Part shown: in pieces, positions 20,616 to 29,984 of the stretch
How the letters are laid out: each line of letters opens with the position of its first letter
How positions within the stretch are numbered: the stretch's first letter is position 1
Origin: a virus
Length of the DNA: 64,000 nucleotides
Reading direction: 5' to 3' (one strand)
IMG/VR virus record: IMGVR_UViG_3300027518_000004
The notes under the pieces: generated by a model
Database searches by the model: none
Told to the model about the DNA's origin: nothing
What the model saw: only the letters and a program-made list of their open reading frames with translations
Position numbers and translations under genes: made by a program

Positions 20616-21865
20616 TGTCACACTTATATGAACCGTTTAAACCTGAAGATGATGCATTTGGTAGGTTAAGAACTTCAGAGCCATATACTCTAGGAGATTA
20701 CAAACACATTTATTCTATTGATCCTGACTTTATTGATGTTAAGGTTGGGACTGGCGCCACTATTGTTTTTGACCAAAATCAAGCAGCGGCTATTTTGAAT
20801 TCTGGGATTAGTACCAATGGGCTTTGTATACACCAGTCAAAGAGATATCATCACTACATGCCAGGTAAATCTCAACTAATTTTTAGTTCTTTTGCTTTTG
20901 GGGCTGCTCAACAAAATGTATTTAAAAGAACCGGATATTTTGATGATAGAAATGGTATTTTCTTTGAGCAAGAACCTAACGGAACCTTAAATTTTGTAGT
21001 AAGATCTTACACTTCTGGAATTGCATCAGATAGAAAAGTAACTCAATCTGAATGGAATAAAGATAAACTAGATGGGTCTGGTCCTTCTGGATTTACATTA
21101 GATATTACTAAAACTCAGTTATTTTTTACTGATTTTGAATGGCTTGGAGTTGGTAGAATTCGTTGTGGTTTTAGTCTCGATGGTAAAAATATTATTGCTC
21201 ATGAGTTTTATAATTCAAATAATCTCCCGACAGTTTATATGTCTAATCCTAATCTACCTGTAAGGTGTGAGATTAGAAATTCAGGAACTCAAGTTGGCGC
21301 TGGTGGGTCATTTTTGCAAATATGCGCAACTGTGATGAGTGAGGGTGGTTATACCGAGGCTGGCAGGGAATTTTCTCATGCTACTACCCTTAGAACTGTT
21401 GGAATTGGATCGACTGTACCTATTCTTGCAATTCGCCTTAAAAATTCATTTAAAAATTATCTTAATAGAGCAACAGTAAAATTAGAAGATATTTCGGTTA
21501 TTAGTGTTGGCGCAAATGTGCGCTATGAAGTAATAAAAATTAGAAGTAGTTCTGGATTTTCAACTGACGGGACTTGGGTATCAGAAAATTCTGAATCGGT
21601 TGTAGAATATAATCAAAGTGCAACTGGAATTTCCACTACGGGATTTGAAGACTTTATGGGTGGATATGCTTCGGGAGACAGTCAAAATATAAATAAACCC
21701 GCATCTAGTGGTTCTCATCCTCAACTCGGCCCAACCTCAAAGAAAAATTTCTTATCTCAGAATTATGATTCAACAGATTCTGAAATTTTTTCTGTTCAAG
21801 TAACAAACATTGGAGCCGACTCTACTAATGTTGGGGTCGCTTTAAGGTGGAGAGAGATATATTAA
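20615..21865 (+). CDS. Hypothetical, probably virion structural protein (beta-sandwich-like)
   Basis: 416 aa, DAFGRLRTSEPYTLGDYKH...; TAATG overlap with the previous gene. Confidence 0.75.
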   Translation: MSHLYEPFKPEDDAFGRLRTSEPYTLGDYKHIYSIDPDFIDVKVGTGATIVFDQNQAAAILNSGISTNGLCIHQSKRYHHYMPGKSQLIFSSFAFGAAQQNVFKRTGYFDDRNGIFFEQEPNGTLNFVVRSYTSGIASDRKVTQSEWNKDKLDGSGPSGFTLDITKTQLFFTDFEWLGVGRIRCGFSLDGKNIIAHEFYNSNNLPTVYMSNPNLPVRCEIRNSGTQVGAGGSFLQICATVMSEGGYTEAGREFSHATTLRTVGIGSTVPILAIRLKNSFKNYLNRATVKLEDISVISVGANVRYEVIKIRSSSGFSTDGTWVSENSESVVEYNQSATGISTTGFEDFMGGYASGDSQNINKPASSGSHPQLGPTSKKNFLSQNYDSTDSEIFSVQVTNIGADSTNVGVALRWREIY

Positions 21866-21871
21866 TAAATA
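21865..21871 (+). promoter_or_regulatory. Late promoter ATAAATA
   Basis: Immediately after the stop codon, 23 nt before the ATG at 21895. Confidence 0.6.
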
Positions 21872-21894
21872 ACTAATAATGTAATATTAAAATA

Positions 21895-22443
21895 ATGGCA
21901 CATAAACCTGTCGGAAGTGGCTCATCTGTAACTATTGCATCCGGTGCTGCCTCTACCTCTTCTTCCTTCCCTGTATATTCTGATACTATAAGAGTAGTTG
22001 CAGTTACTGCTGGAGTTTTTGTAAAAATTGATTCAGAACCAGTAGCAACTTCATCTGATTATTATGTACCAGCCAATTCATCTGCTACTCTTGCATTATC
22101 CCCCGCATCGCAAAGAGTAGTAGGCATTACTACAGGTGCAACAACTATTATCGATTTCCCAAGCGGAACTGGTACTCCATTTGAGCAAGGTGATTATGTT
22201 AGCCTAACTTGCCCCAATCAAAGTTTTTATAATTTTACCCATAAACAAGTTTTATCGGTAAATAATACAGCTGATGTGAGTGGTTATTTTTCAACAAGAA
22301 TAACAGTAAACAACAATTCTTCAGGGGTTGTAACTGCCTTTAATGATTATGGTGATATGAGAAAGTCACTAAAAGTTGGAACTTTTGGTACTGGTGCAGG
22401 AACACTTTATTATCAACAAGTTCAAATTTCAGGAGACGCCTAA
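21895..22443 (+). CDS. Conserved cyanophage-type virion protein preceding gp21
   Basis: MAHKPVGSG..., C-terminal LYYQQVQISGDA; synteny. Confidence 0.75.
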   Translation: MAHKPVGSGSSVTIASGAASTSSSFPVYSDTIRVVAVTAGVFVKIDSEPVATSSDYYVPANSSATLALSPASQRVVGITTGATTIIDFPSGTGTPFEQGDYVSLTCPNQSFYNFTHKQVLSVNNTADVSGYFSTRITVNNNSSGVVTAFNDYGDMRKSLKVGTFGTGAGTLYYQQVQISGDA

Positions 22444-23093
22444 TGAAACTAATCGTTGAAGAAGCCGAATCAGTAAAATATATTACTGAAGAAGTAAATG
22501 GCAAAAAAGCCCTTTTTATTGAGGGAAACTTTCTTATGGGTGATAACCCTAATAGAAATAACAGGGTTTATCCGATGGAAATCCTAAGAGAAGCCGTTAA
22601 AACTTATACCACAAATTTTATTAATTCAAAACGATCTCTTGGTGAATTAAATCACAATTCTGTCCCAGGAGTAGATTTAACAAAAGTATCACATATGATT
22701 ACCACTCTTAAAGAGAATGGTAATTATTTTTATGGTAAGGCCCGAATTTTAAATACTCCAATGGGTAAAATTGCTCAGGGTCTTATTTCTGAGGGGGTTG
22801 TTCTTGGAGTCAGTTCAAGGGCTCTTGGGAGTGTAAAGCCAACTAATGAAGGATATTCTGTAGTTGGTCCCGATCTTGTTATTAATTGTGTTGATATTGT
22901 TCATGATCCTTCGGTAGGTGCCGCTGCCTTTGTTAATGGCATTTATGAAGGAAAAGAGTGGATTTTTGATTCCGCAAAACAAGAATATGTCGCAATGAAC
23001 ATTAAAAATAGAATTGAACGCGATATTGTCAGCAAGAAATTATCTGAAGAAAGAATGATTATGCATTTTGAGAATTATCTCAACATGCTTTAA
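22443..23093 (+). CDS. gp21: Prohead core scaffolding protease gp21
   Basis: NRNNRVYP, LGELNH, GVSSRALGS, DIVHDPS motifs. Confidence 0.95.
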   Translation: MKLIVEEAESVKYITEEVNGKKALFIEGNFLMGDNPNRNNRVYPMEILREAVKTYTTNFINSKRSLGELNHNSVPGVDLTKVSHMITTLKENGNYFYGKARILNTPMGKIAQGLISEGVVLGVSSRALGSVKPTNEGYSVVGPDLVINCVDIVHDPSVGAAAFVNGIYEGKEWIFDSAKQEYVAMNIKNRIERDIVSKKLSEERMIMHFENYLNML

Positions 23094-23123
23094 ATCTAAA
23101 TACTATTATAAAGTTTTTACTTT

Positions 23124-23131
23124 TATAAATA
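23124..23131 (+). promoter_or_regulatory. Late promoter TATAAATA (gp22-gp23)
   Basis: Perfect T4 consensus, intergenic. Confidence 0.75.
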
Positions 23132-23170
23132 ACAATAGAGTAATATTCAACTGTTAAGGAGACTTTTTAC

Positions 23171-24313
23171 ATGGCTCGCAAGCAACAATTAGATGAAATG
23201 GAAGCTAAGAACCCACAGTCTAGAACTAAGGTCAATGCAAGTGCCCAACCTGGCGATCCTATGCCAAAGTTAACCACCGGTATTCCTGATGGTCAAACTG
23301 GCAATTGGGAAGATCTTGGTGGCCCAACTCCAGAAAACGCAAAGCCTGATGATGATAGCGCAAAGCTAAAAGATCCGGCTGCCAATATTCAACGAGTAGC
23401 CGAAATCATCCGTGGCCGTAAAGGTTCACAAGAGGGTGATCAGGCTATGCAAAAAATGCATCTCCCTGAAGAGGAAGAGCATGATGAAGATGAAGTTGTA
23501 ACCGAAGATGCTTCTGAAGACGAAGAAGAGTTTGAAGAAGTAGAAGACGAAGCAGAAGAATTTGAAGATGACGAAGAAGAAGAGTTTGACATCCAAGAAG
23601 ATGTTGATGCTCTTGTTGGTGGCGAAGATCTTTCCGAAGAGTTCAAAGAAAAAGCCAAGACTATCTTTGAGGCTGCCCTTCGTTCCAAAGTCTCCGAAAT
23701 TAAAGAATCTCTTGAAGAACAGTATAACGTTGCTCTTCAAGAAGAAGTTCAGGCTATTGCAGAAGAACTTCAAGAACGTGCTGATTCCTACCTTGAATAT
23801 GTTGCAGAAGAGTGGATGCATGAGAATCAGCTCGCTATCACTCGCGGTATTAAGGAAGAACTCACTGAGAGCTTCCTTGTAAATCTCAAAGGACTTTTTG
23901 AGCAACATTATGTATCCATGCCAGATGAAAAATATGATGTCCTTGAGAACATGGTGAAAAAACTAGATGAAATGGAAAATAAACTCAACGAGCAAATTGA
24001 TAAAAACATTCAACTAAACAAGCGTCTCTGTGAGGCGGTTGCTGATGGAATCTTTGGTGATGTAGCTGATGGTCTAGCCGCCACTCAGAAGGAAAAGCTC
24101 GCTTCACTTGCCGAAAGTGTTGAGTTTGAAAGTGAAACTTCATATCGTGAAAAACTAGAGACCTTAAAGGAATCTTATTTCCCTGTAAATTATGTCTCTT
24201 CAATCGCTCGCCCTGAAGTGCTTACTGAAGATACTGAATACGTTGCAAATGAGTCATACTCAAATTCAATGAATCAATATCTCAAAGCTGCTTCACTGTT
24301 AGCCAATAATTGA
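23171..24313 (+). CDS. gp22: Prohead core scaffold protein gp22
   Basis: LSEEFKEKAKTIFEAA, YLEYVAEEWM motifs; acidic coiled coil; located before gp23. Confidence 0.93.
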   Translation: MARKQQLDEMEAKNPQSRTKVNASAQPGDPMPKLTTGIPDGQTGNWEDLGGPTPENAKPDDDSAKLKDPAANIQRVAEIIRGRKGSQEGDQAMQKMHLPEEEEHDEDEVVTEDASEDEEEFEEVEDEAEEFEDDEEEEFDIQEDVDALVGGEDLSEEFKEKAKTIFEAALRSKVSEIKESLEEQYNVALQEEVQAIAEELQERADSYLEYVAEEWMHENQLAITRGIKEELTESFLVNLKGLFEQHYVSMPDEKYDVLENMVKKLDEMENKLNEQIDKNIQLNKRLCEAVADGIFGDVADGLAATQKEKLASLAESVEFESETSYREKLETLKESYFPVNYVSSIARPEVLTEDTEYVANESYSNSMNQYLKAASLLANN

Positions 24314-24363
24314 TTTCAATATTAAATCAAACCCAAACTTTTAAACTCTAATAGGTAACGCAA

Positions 24364-25770
24364 ATGTCCGAAATTAACGAACAACATCTGCAGGAAAAGT
24401 GGGCTCCCCTTCTAAACTTTGACGGCCTTGACCCCATCAAGGATTCTCATCGTAAAAAGGTAACCGCTATTCTGCTAGAGAACCAAGAAAAAGAACTCCG
24501 TGAGACCAATGCATTCAACAATGGTCTTCTGATGGAAACCACTGTCGGTAACGCCGCAGGCGCTTCTGGTGGTTTCAGTGGCTCTGCTGCAGCTGGTGGC
24601 CCAGTAGCTGGTTTCGATCCTATCCTAATCAGCCTGATTCGCCGCGCAATGCCTAATCTGGTTGCTTATGATCTCGCTGGTGTACAGCCTCTGTCTGGTC
24701 CTACCGGTCTTATCTTCGCTATGCGTTCTCGCTATAATGGCCAGACTGGCGATGAGGCTTTCTACAATGAAGTTGATACTTCATTCTCAGGTCAAAACAG
24801 TGGCCGTAGCCTAACTGCTGGTATTACTTCTGCCATCTCTGGTATGGGTACTACTGCTGGTCAGGACGGTACTAACCCCGGTCTACTCAACCCAACTGGT
24901 TCTGCTATTCAGGCTGACTACAACGTTGGTCAGGGTATGGTAACTGGTGACGCTGAAAACCTCGGTAACGGCGATAACAACCAGTTCAACGAAATGAGCT
25001 TCTCTATCGAGAAAGTTCTTGTTGAAGCTAAGACCCGTGCGCTGCGTGCTGAGTACACCATTGAGCTTGCTCAGGACCTCAAGGCTATTCATGGTCTTTC
25101 TGCTGAAGCTGAGCTGGCTAACATTCTGTCTACCGAAATTCTTGCCGAAATTAACCGCGAGGTTATTCGTACCATTTATAAGGTAGCGGAACAAGGCGCA
25201 GCTGTAAACACTGCAACTCCTGGTGTATTTGACCTTGATATCGACTCCAACGGTCGTTGGTCCGTTGAGAAGTTTAAGGGTCTTCTCTTCCAAATCGAGC
25301 GCGATGCTAACGCTATCGCCCAGCGTACTCGTAGAGGGAAGGGTAACGTAATCATGTGCTCTGCTGACGTAGCTTCTGCGCTAACCATGGCTGGTGTACT
25401 TGATTATACTCCTGCTCTTAATGCTAACCTTAATGTAGATGATACTGGCAATACCTTTGCTGGTGTTCTCATGGGTAAGTATCGCGTGTATATCGATCCT
25501 TATTCTGCCAACGTTAACGCTACTCAGTATTACGTTGTTGGTTATAAGGGTTCTAGTCCTTATGATAATGGAATCTTCTATGCTCCATACGTGCCTCTCC
25601 AGATGGTCCGTGCGGTAGATCCTAAGACCTATCAGCCTTCCATCGGATTTAAGACTCGTTATGGCATGGTTGCAAACCCATTCGCTGAGGGTCCTGATAA
25701 GGGTCTAGGTGCTCTTAAGATTAATAGCAACAGATATTATCGTAGAGTTTCCATAAAGAATTTATCTTAA
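24364..25770 (+). CDS. gp23: Major capsid protein gp23
   Basis: EKWAPLL, GPVAGFDPILISLIRRAMPNL, GFKTRYGMVANPF motifs. Confidence 0.98.
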   Translation: MSEINEQHLQEKWAPLLNFDGLDPIKDSHRKKVTAILLENQEKELRETNAFNNGLLMETTVGNAAGASGGFSGSAAAGGPVAGFDPILISLIRRAMPNLVAYDLAGVQPLSGPTGLIFAMRSRYNGQTGDEAFYNEVDTSFSGQNSGRSLTAGITSAISGMGTTAGQDGTNPGLLNPTGSAIQADYNVGQGMVTGDAENLGNGDNNQFNEMSFSIEKVLVEAKTRALRAEYTIELAQDLKAIHGLSAEAELANILSTEILAEINREVIRTIYKVAEQGAAVNTATPGVFDLDIDSNGRWSVEKFKGLLFQIERDANAIAQRTRRGKGNVIMCSADVASALTMAGVLDYTPALNANLNVDDTGNTFAGVLMGKYRVYIDPYSANVNATQYYVVGYKGSSPYDNGIFYAPYVPLQMVRAVDPKTYQPSIGFKTRYGMVANPFAEGPDKGLGALKINSNRYYRRVSIKNLS

Positions 25771-25804
25771 TATCTAAAACCTTAGCTAAAACTAACCTAT
25801 ATAA

Positions 25805-25830
25805 AGAGGTGGGAAACCGCCTCTTTTTTT
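25805..25830 (+). terminator. Rho-independent terminator after gp23
   Basis: AGAGGTGG-GAAA-CCGCCTCT followed by a T run. Confidence 0.85.
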
Positions 25831-25845
25831 ATTTGAAGCAAAATT

Positions 25846-26607
25846 ATGACCAAAGTTATGAGTACAGAAGAAAGGTTTTATGTTTATCATATCATAAATC
25901 CTATAACCGGAAGACTTTTCTATGTTGGAAAAGGAACTGGATGTAGATGCAAACAACATCTAACAGATAAAAAGGAGTACGCATTTAATAAACGCCTCAA
26001 CGGATACATAAGAAATCTAATTGAGTCTAATAATAATCCAATCATTCAAAAGATAGCCGAAAATTTAACTGAAGAAGACGCTTATCTGTTAGAAGAATCC
26101 GAAATCAAAAAATATGGTAGAGTAGGCTTTGAAAAGGATGGAGTTCTTCTAAACATCCTAGATTCTGGAAGACCTCCAAAGTTTGAAGGAGAAAATCACC
26201 CTTGGTGGGGCCGTAGTCATACTCCTGAAACTAAGGCCAAAATTAGTAAAACTAAAAAGGAAAATTTTGCGAAAGGAATTAATAAGCCTAGAAGCGGGTT
26301 TACCCAAACACCTGAAACAAAAGAAAAAATTGGCGCTAAAAATCGAGGAAGAAAAAGAACACCAGAAGCAATTGAAAAAACTCGTCAAGCAAACCTGGGC
26401 AGACCTCAAAGTGATCATCAGAAGAAAAGAGCAGAAGAAGCAAACAGTAAACGCTGGCTTGTTATTGCTCCTGATGGAACAGAGGAGATTGTTGTAAATC
26501 TTTCAAAATATTGTAGAGAAAGAAGATTAAATAATAGTTCTATGAGATTGGTTGCTTATGGTAAACAAGATGATTATAAAGGATATAAAGTAAAAAAACT
26601 GGACTAA
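25846..26607 (+). CDS. Free-standing GIY-YIG homing endonuclease with NUMOD3 repeats (seg-like)
   Basis: FYVYHIINP...FYVGKG..R..QH catalytic motif; NHPWWGRSHTPETKAKIS and TPETKEKIG repeats. Confidence 0.88.
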   Translation: MTKVMSTEERFYVYHIINPITGRLFYVGKGTGCRCKQHLTDKKEYAFNKRLNGYIRNLIESNNNPIIQKIAENLTEEDAYLLEESEIKKYGRVGFEKDGVLLNILDSGRPPKFEGENHPWWGRSHTPETKAKISKTKKENFAKGINKPRSGFTQTPETKEKIGAKNRGRKRTPEAIEKTRQANLGRPQSDHQKKRAEEANSKRWLVIAPDGTEEIVVNLSKYCRERRLNNSSMRLVAYGKQDDYKGYKVKKLD

Positions 26608-26608
26608 T

Positions 26609-26791
26609 TTATAGGGCTGAAAGGCCCTTTTTCATTCCCAGCCCATAAGTAAGACTCCCACAGTCCCAAATTTTTTCATAACCCATTTCTCTTGCTTTCT
26701 CATATTCAGTGCAATCATAAGCTCCTATAAATTTCTTCTGGAATCTCATGCGATTATAGTGACGGGGTTTTCCATGAATCCTGTAACAACT
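26609..26791 (-). pseudogene. C-terminal remnant of a Hef-like homing endonuclease
   Basis: Hand translation of the minus strand: SCYRIHGKPRHYNRMRFQKKFIGAYDCTEYEKAREMGYEKIWDCGSLTY..., preceded by an in-frame TAA. It resembles the NR..F.K...TE.E...GY..IWDCG tail of that family (recognised from memory). Confidence 0.55.
26613..26632 (+). terminator. Rho-independent terminator after the GIY-YIG gene
   Basis: AGGGCT-GAAA-GGCCCT-TTTT. Confidence 0.75.
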
Positions 26792-26805
26792 TTATAAAAT
26801 CATCC

Positions 26806-26812
26806 ATAAATA
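26806..26812 (+). promoter_or_regulatory. Late promoter ATAAATA (gp3)
   Basis: 18 nt before the ATG. Confidence 0.65.
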
Positions 26813-26830
26813 GTAAAAACGCTTTGTGAA

Positions 26831-27373
26831 ATGCCAAATTTTCCTTATTTAAGTCCAGGTAGAAATCAAGTAGAGAATAGAAATTTTTTACAGCCGACTC
26901 AATTTTTATTCACAATAAACAAGGCACCTAAAGTTTCATTTTATTCCAATAGAGCTAATATCCCAGGAATTACATTAGGCCTTGCTGATTATCCAACTCC
27001 ATATAAAGATTTATACGAGCCAGGAGATAAAATAACATTTGATGATTTTAGCCTTAAATTTTTAGTTGATGAAAATCTTGAAAATTATTTAGAAATTTAT
27101 AAATGGATTAAAGGACTTGGTTATCCAGAAAACTTAGAGCAAATTTATAAGCTACAAACAAGTAAGGGTGGTATATATTCTGATGGAACACTTCAAGTAT
27201 TAAACAGCAGTCAACGTCCAAATTTTTCAGTTAAATATTATGATTTATTTCCTTATGATCTAACAACTCTTCTTTTTGATTCTACCTTAACAGATTCAGA
27301 TCCATTTACAGCAGAAGTAAAATTTAAATACACTTATTTTGAAATTGTTGATCCTAGTGGGAACCCTCTATGA
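26831..27373 (+). CDS. gp3: Tail completion / sheath stabiliser gp3
   Basis: NRNFLQPTQFLFTINKAPKV, LVDENLENYLEIYKW motifs; synteny with uvsY. Confidence 0.88.
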   Translation: MPNFPYLSPGRNQVENRNFLQPTQFLFTINKAPKVSFYSNRANIPGITLGLADYPTPYKDLYEPGDKITFDDFSLKFLVDENLENYLEIYKWIKGLGYPENLEQIYKLQTSKGGIYSDGTLQVLNSSQRPNFSVKYYDLFPYDLTTLLFDSTLTDSDPFTAEVKFKYTYFEIVDPSGNPL

Positions 27374-27795
27374 ATTTAAATGAAATTGAGACTATGTGGA
27401 AAGAGGATTCAGTAATGGATCCTGATAATCTCCATGAAGAAGCACTTAGAATACCAATACTACACAGTAAATATCATGAAATACAAAATAAAATTTATCA
27501 ACTTAAAAAAGTAAAAGAAGCAGAATATAATTCACTATACGCAGAAAAAACTCTTTATTACGCTGGAAAAGCGGATCCTAAAGTGTATGAAGAAAAACCG
27601 TTTCCTCATAAAGTATTAAAGAATGACATTCCGCTTTATTTAAATTCAGATGAAGAACTGGTCAAAATAAAAACAAGAGTTGATTATTGCAGCTATGTTA
27701 TGGCCTATCTTTCAGATATCCTGAAAATGATCCACAATAGATCTTTTCAAATCCGAGACAGTATTGAATGGAGTCGTTTCATAGCAGGTCAGTGA
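27370..27795 (+). CDS. uvsY: Recombination mediator UvsY
   Basis: WKEDSVMDPDNLHEE..IPILHSKY; IHNRSFQIRDSIEW. Confidence 0.92.
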   Translation: MNLNEIETMWKEDSVMDPDNLHEEALRIPILHSKYHEIQNKIYQLKKVKEAEYNSLYAEKTLYYAGKADPKVYEEKPFPHKVLKNDIPLYLNSDEELVKIKTRVDYCSYVMAYLSDILKMIHNRSFQIRDSIEWSRFIAGQ

Positions 27796-29261
27796 TGTCT
27801 GATATAATTATTGAAAAAAAGAATGAAGTATTTGTTAGATTGATTTGCGAGCCACACGTTCTTTATGAATTGGCTCCTTATTTTACCTTCGATGTACCTG
27901 GGGCCAAATTTGCCCCAGCATATAAACGTGGAGGGTGGAATGGTCAAATTAGTCTATTATCAAAAACCACTGGAGAAATATATGGTGGGTTGTTAGATAA
28001 GGTGATAGCCAAAATAAAGGCTTATGGCTACTCATATGAGTTCAAAAACAGTAAATTTTATGGTTGCCCTTTTGAAGTTAACGAAGAAATAAGTAATGAA
28101 GGTATTTCTGGATTTGTTAAGGCTATTGGACAAAGAGCCGGACTTGATCCATATGACTATCAGATTAATACAGTTTATGAATGTCTAAGATATAATCGCA
28201 AAACTGTTTTATCTGCAACTTCATCCGGTAAATCCTTCATGATTTATTGTATTTCAAGATATTACTTGATGAAAGGATTAAGAGTTCTTTGTGTATTTCC
28301 AACTACTTCTTTAATCCATCAAATGCATAAGGATTGGCAAGATTATGGATATGATTCAGACAATAATATTCACATGATTTACTCTGGTCAAAGTCATAAA
28401 ACCGACATGCCGGTAACATATTCGACCTGGCAAAGTATACATGAAAATCCTAAGTCTTTTTATGATAACTATGATGTAATTATTGTCGATGAGTGTCATG
28501 GGGTAAAATCTAAAAGTTTAGTTAATATTATGAAAAATGCTCATAATATTAAATATCGGTTTGGTTTTACTGGGACCCTGACAAACAATGATGACGGTAA
28601 GGCCGTAAATGAATTAACTATTACTGGTTTATTTGGCCCATCTTACAAAGCAATTAACACAAAAGAACTAATTGAAAAAGGTAGAGCCGCAAAATTAGAT
28701 ATAAAGTGTTTGGTCTTAAAGCATAAAGAACAAAAATTCTTTACTTATGAAGATGAGGTTCAATACTTAATAGGTAACGAAGAAAGAAATAATTATTTGA
28801 GAAATCTTTCTTTAAGTCTAAAAGGTAACACTCTTTTAATCTTTTCAAGAGTAGAAACTCATGGTCAAGTTCTTTATGATTTAATTAAGGAAAAAGCCGG
28901 CAATGACAGAAAAATTTTCTTTGTTCATGGTGGCGTAGAAGCAAAAGAAAGAGAAGACGTAAGAGAAATTGTTGAAAGAGAAAACAATGCGATTATTGTC
29001 GCTTCGTATGGAGTTTTTAGCACGGGAATTTCCATTAAGAACTTAAACAATATTATATTTGGGTTTCCAAGTAAAGGAAAGATTAGGGTTCTTCAAACCA
29101 TTGGTAGAGGACTTAGAAAGTCAAAAACAAAAGATCGGGCTGTTCTTTATGATATAGCAGATGATTGTGGAAGAAATTACACACTAAATCACTTTATAGA
29201 AAGAGTAAAACTGTATAATGAAGAAGAGTTTGAATATGAAATTTATAACATTAATTTATAA
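27795..29261 (+). CDS. uvsW: RNA-DNA / DNA helicase UvsW
   Basis: SATSSGKS, IVDECHG, GFTGT, QTIGRGLR motifs. Likely start is the ATG at 27795 (TGATG overlap). Confidence 0.95.
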   Translation: MSDIIIEKKNEVFVRLICEPHVLYELAPYFTFDVPGAKFAPAYKRGGWNGQISLLSKTTGEIYGGLLDKVIAKIKAYGYSYEFKNSKFYGCPFEVNEEISNEGISGFVKAIGQRAGLDPYDYQINTVYECLRYNRKTVLSATSSGKSFMIYCISRYYLMKGLRVLCVFPTTSLIHQMHKDWQDYGYDSDNNIHMIYSGQSHKTDMPVTYSTWQSIHENPKSFYDNYDVIIVDECHGVKSKSLVNIMKNAHNIKYRFGFTGTLTNNDDGKAVNELTITGLFGPSYKAINTKELIEKGRAAKLDIKCLVLKHKEQKFFTYEDEVQYLIGNEERNNYLRNLSLSLKGNTLLIFSRVETHGQVLYDLIKEKAGNDRKIFFVHGGVEAKEREDVREIVERENNAIIVASYGVFSTGISIKNLNNIIFGFPSKGKIRVLQTIGRGLRKSKTKDRAVLYDIADDCGRNYTLNHFIERVKLYNEEEFEYEIYNINL

Positions 29262-29408
29262 TCGTTGAGATTCTAATCCAGTAACTTCTACTCCCCTATT
29301 GATCATTTTCCTCATGGCAGCCTGGGCTATCTTTAATGAAAAGTGTACTGAGTACATTTGCTTATTCATATATTTGTAGCCTATTTTGTAAAACTCAAGA
29401 TGTTCCAC
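29256..29408 (-). CDS. Small hypothetical protein (50 aa, GTG start), not in the ORF track
   Basis: Hand translation: VEHLEFYKIGYKYMNKQMYSVHFSLKIAQAAMRKMINRGVEVTGLESQRL; overlaps the upstream minus-strand gene. Confidence 0.5.
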   Translation of the reverse strand: MEHLEFYKIGYKYMNKQMYSVHFSLKIAQAAMRKMINRGVEVTGLESQRL

Positions 29409-29685
29409 TGTTTATATTTTTTAGTAGTTTAATACTTTCATTTATTGACTCAATGATACAAAAGATAGAATTTCCTATAAAATTAGTATCCCCTGGAAAC
29501 ATTTCTAAATCGTTATAGAAATCTTCTTTTATATTTTCATATTGACTTATTAAAGTATTTACATAAGACTCTGGATCTTTACAGCTTAAAGAAATTTCAT
29601 AGTACTTTCCCCCATGAAATTCTGGAATTACTATGTTATAGGTAGTTCCGTCTTGTTTATGCACTGTTATCGTCCTCATGTTCAT
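29395..29685 (-). CDS. Small hypothetical protein (96 aa)
   Basis: MNMRTITVHKQDGTTYNIV...; the ATG at 29685 is preferred over the TTG at 29724 because of an ATGA overlap with an upstream ORF. Confidence 0.6.
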   Translation of the reverse strand: MNMRTITVHKQDGTTYNIVIPEFHGGKYYEISLSCKDPESYVNTLISQYENIKEDFYNDLEMFPGDTNFIGNSIFCIIESINESIKLLKNINSGTS

Positions 29686-29783
29686 GATGGGATAATATTC
29701 ATCATTGTAGCAACTGCCCAACACATGAGAATAGAATGAAAAGCGTTTAGATAATTAAGAGTATTTTGCATGTTTTTTACCAT
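29682..29783 (-). CDS. Tiny hydrophobic ORF (33 aa)
   Basis: MVKNMQNTLNYLNAFHSILMCWAVATMMNIIPS; starts about 7 nt after a predicted sigma70 start site. Confidence 0.4.
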   Translation of the reverse strand: MVKNMQNTLNYLNAFHSILMCWAVATMMNIIPS

Positions 29784-29795
29784 CTTGGCTCAAGG

Positions 29796-29824
29796 ATAAT
29801 ACTATATTGTCTTACTTAAGTCAA
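29796..29824 (-). promoter_or_regulatory. Sigma70-like promoter (leftward)
   Basis: TTGACT-17 nt-TATTAT on the minus strand. Confidence 0.7.
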
Positions 29825-29829
29825 CTAAC

Positions 29830-29857
29830 TATGTGCCAATTTATAGATTGGCATATA
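29830..29857. promoter_or_regulatory. Operator-like inverted repeat between divergent promoters
   Basis: TATGTGCCAAT-TTATAG-ATTGGCATATA, exactly 5 nt from each flanking -35 box. Confidence 0.65.
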
Positions 29858-29862
29858 CTAGC

Positions 29863-29891
29863 TTGACTTTTTTATTGTTTGCGGCTAGGAT
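29863..29891 (+). promoter_or_regulatory. Sigma70-like promoter (rightward, no gene downstream)
   Basis: TTGACT-17 nt-TAGGAT. Confidence 0.6.
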
Positions 29892-29984
29892 CGGTTTGTC
29901 GGGTTTGAAGGATTTCAGTATCTAATAATTTATTAATAAATAAAGAAACTTTAAATATCTAGATTTATCAAATATTTTTAGTAA

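Noticed and set aside
23426-23908. Long antisense and alternate-frame ORFs (e.g. 23426-23908, 24883-25293, 42780-43007, 61715-62065, 62062-63951 set)
   Set aside because: They are shadows of strongly coding plus-strand genes, with no promoter, RBS or recognisable motifs.
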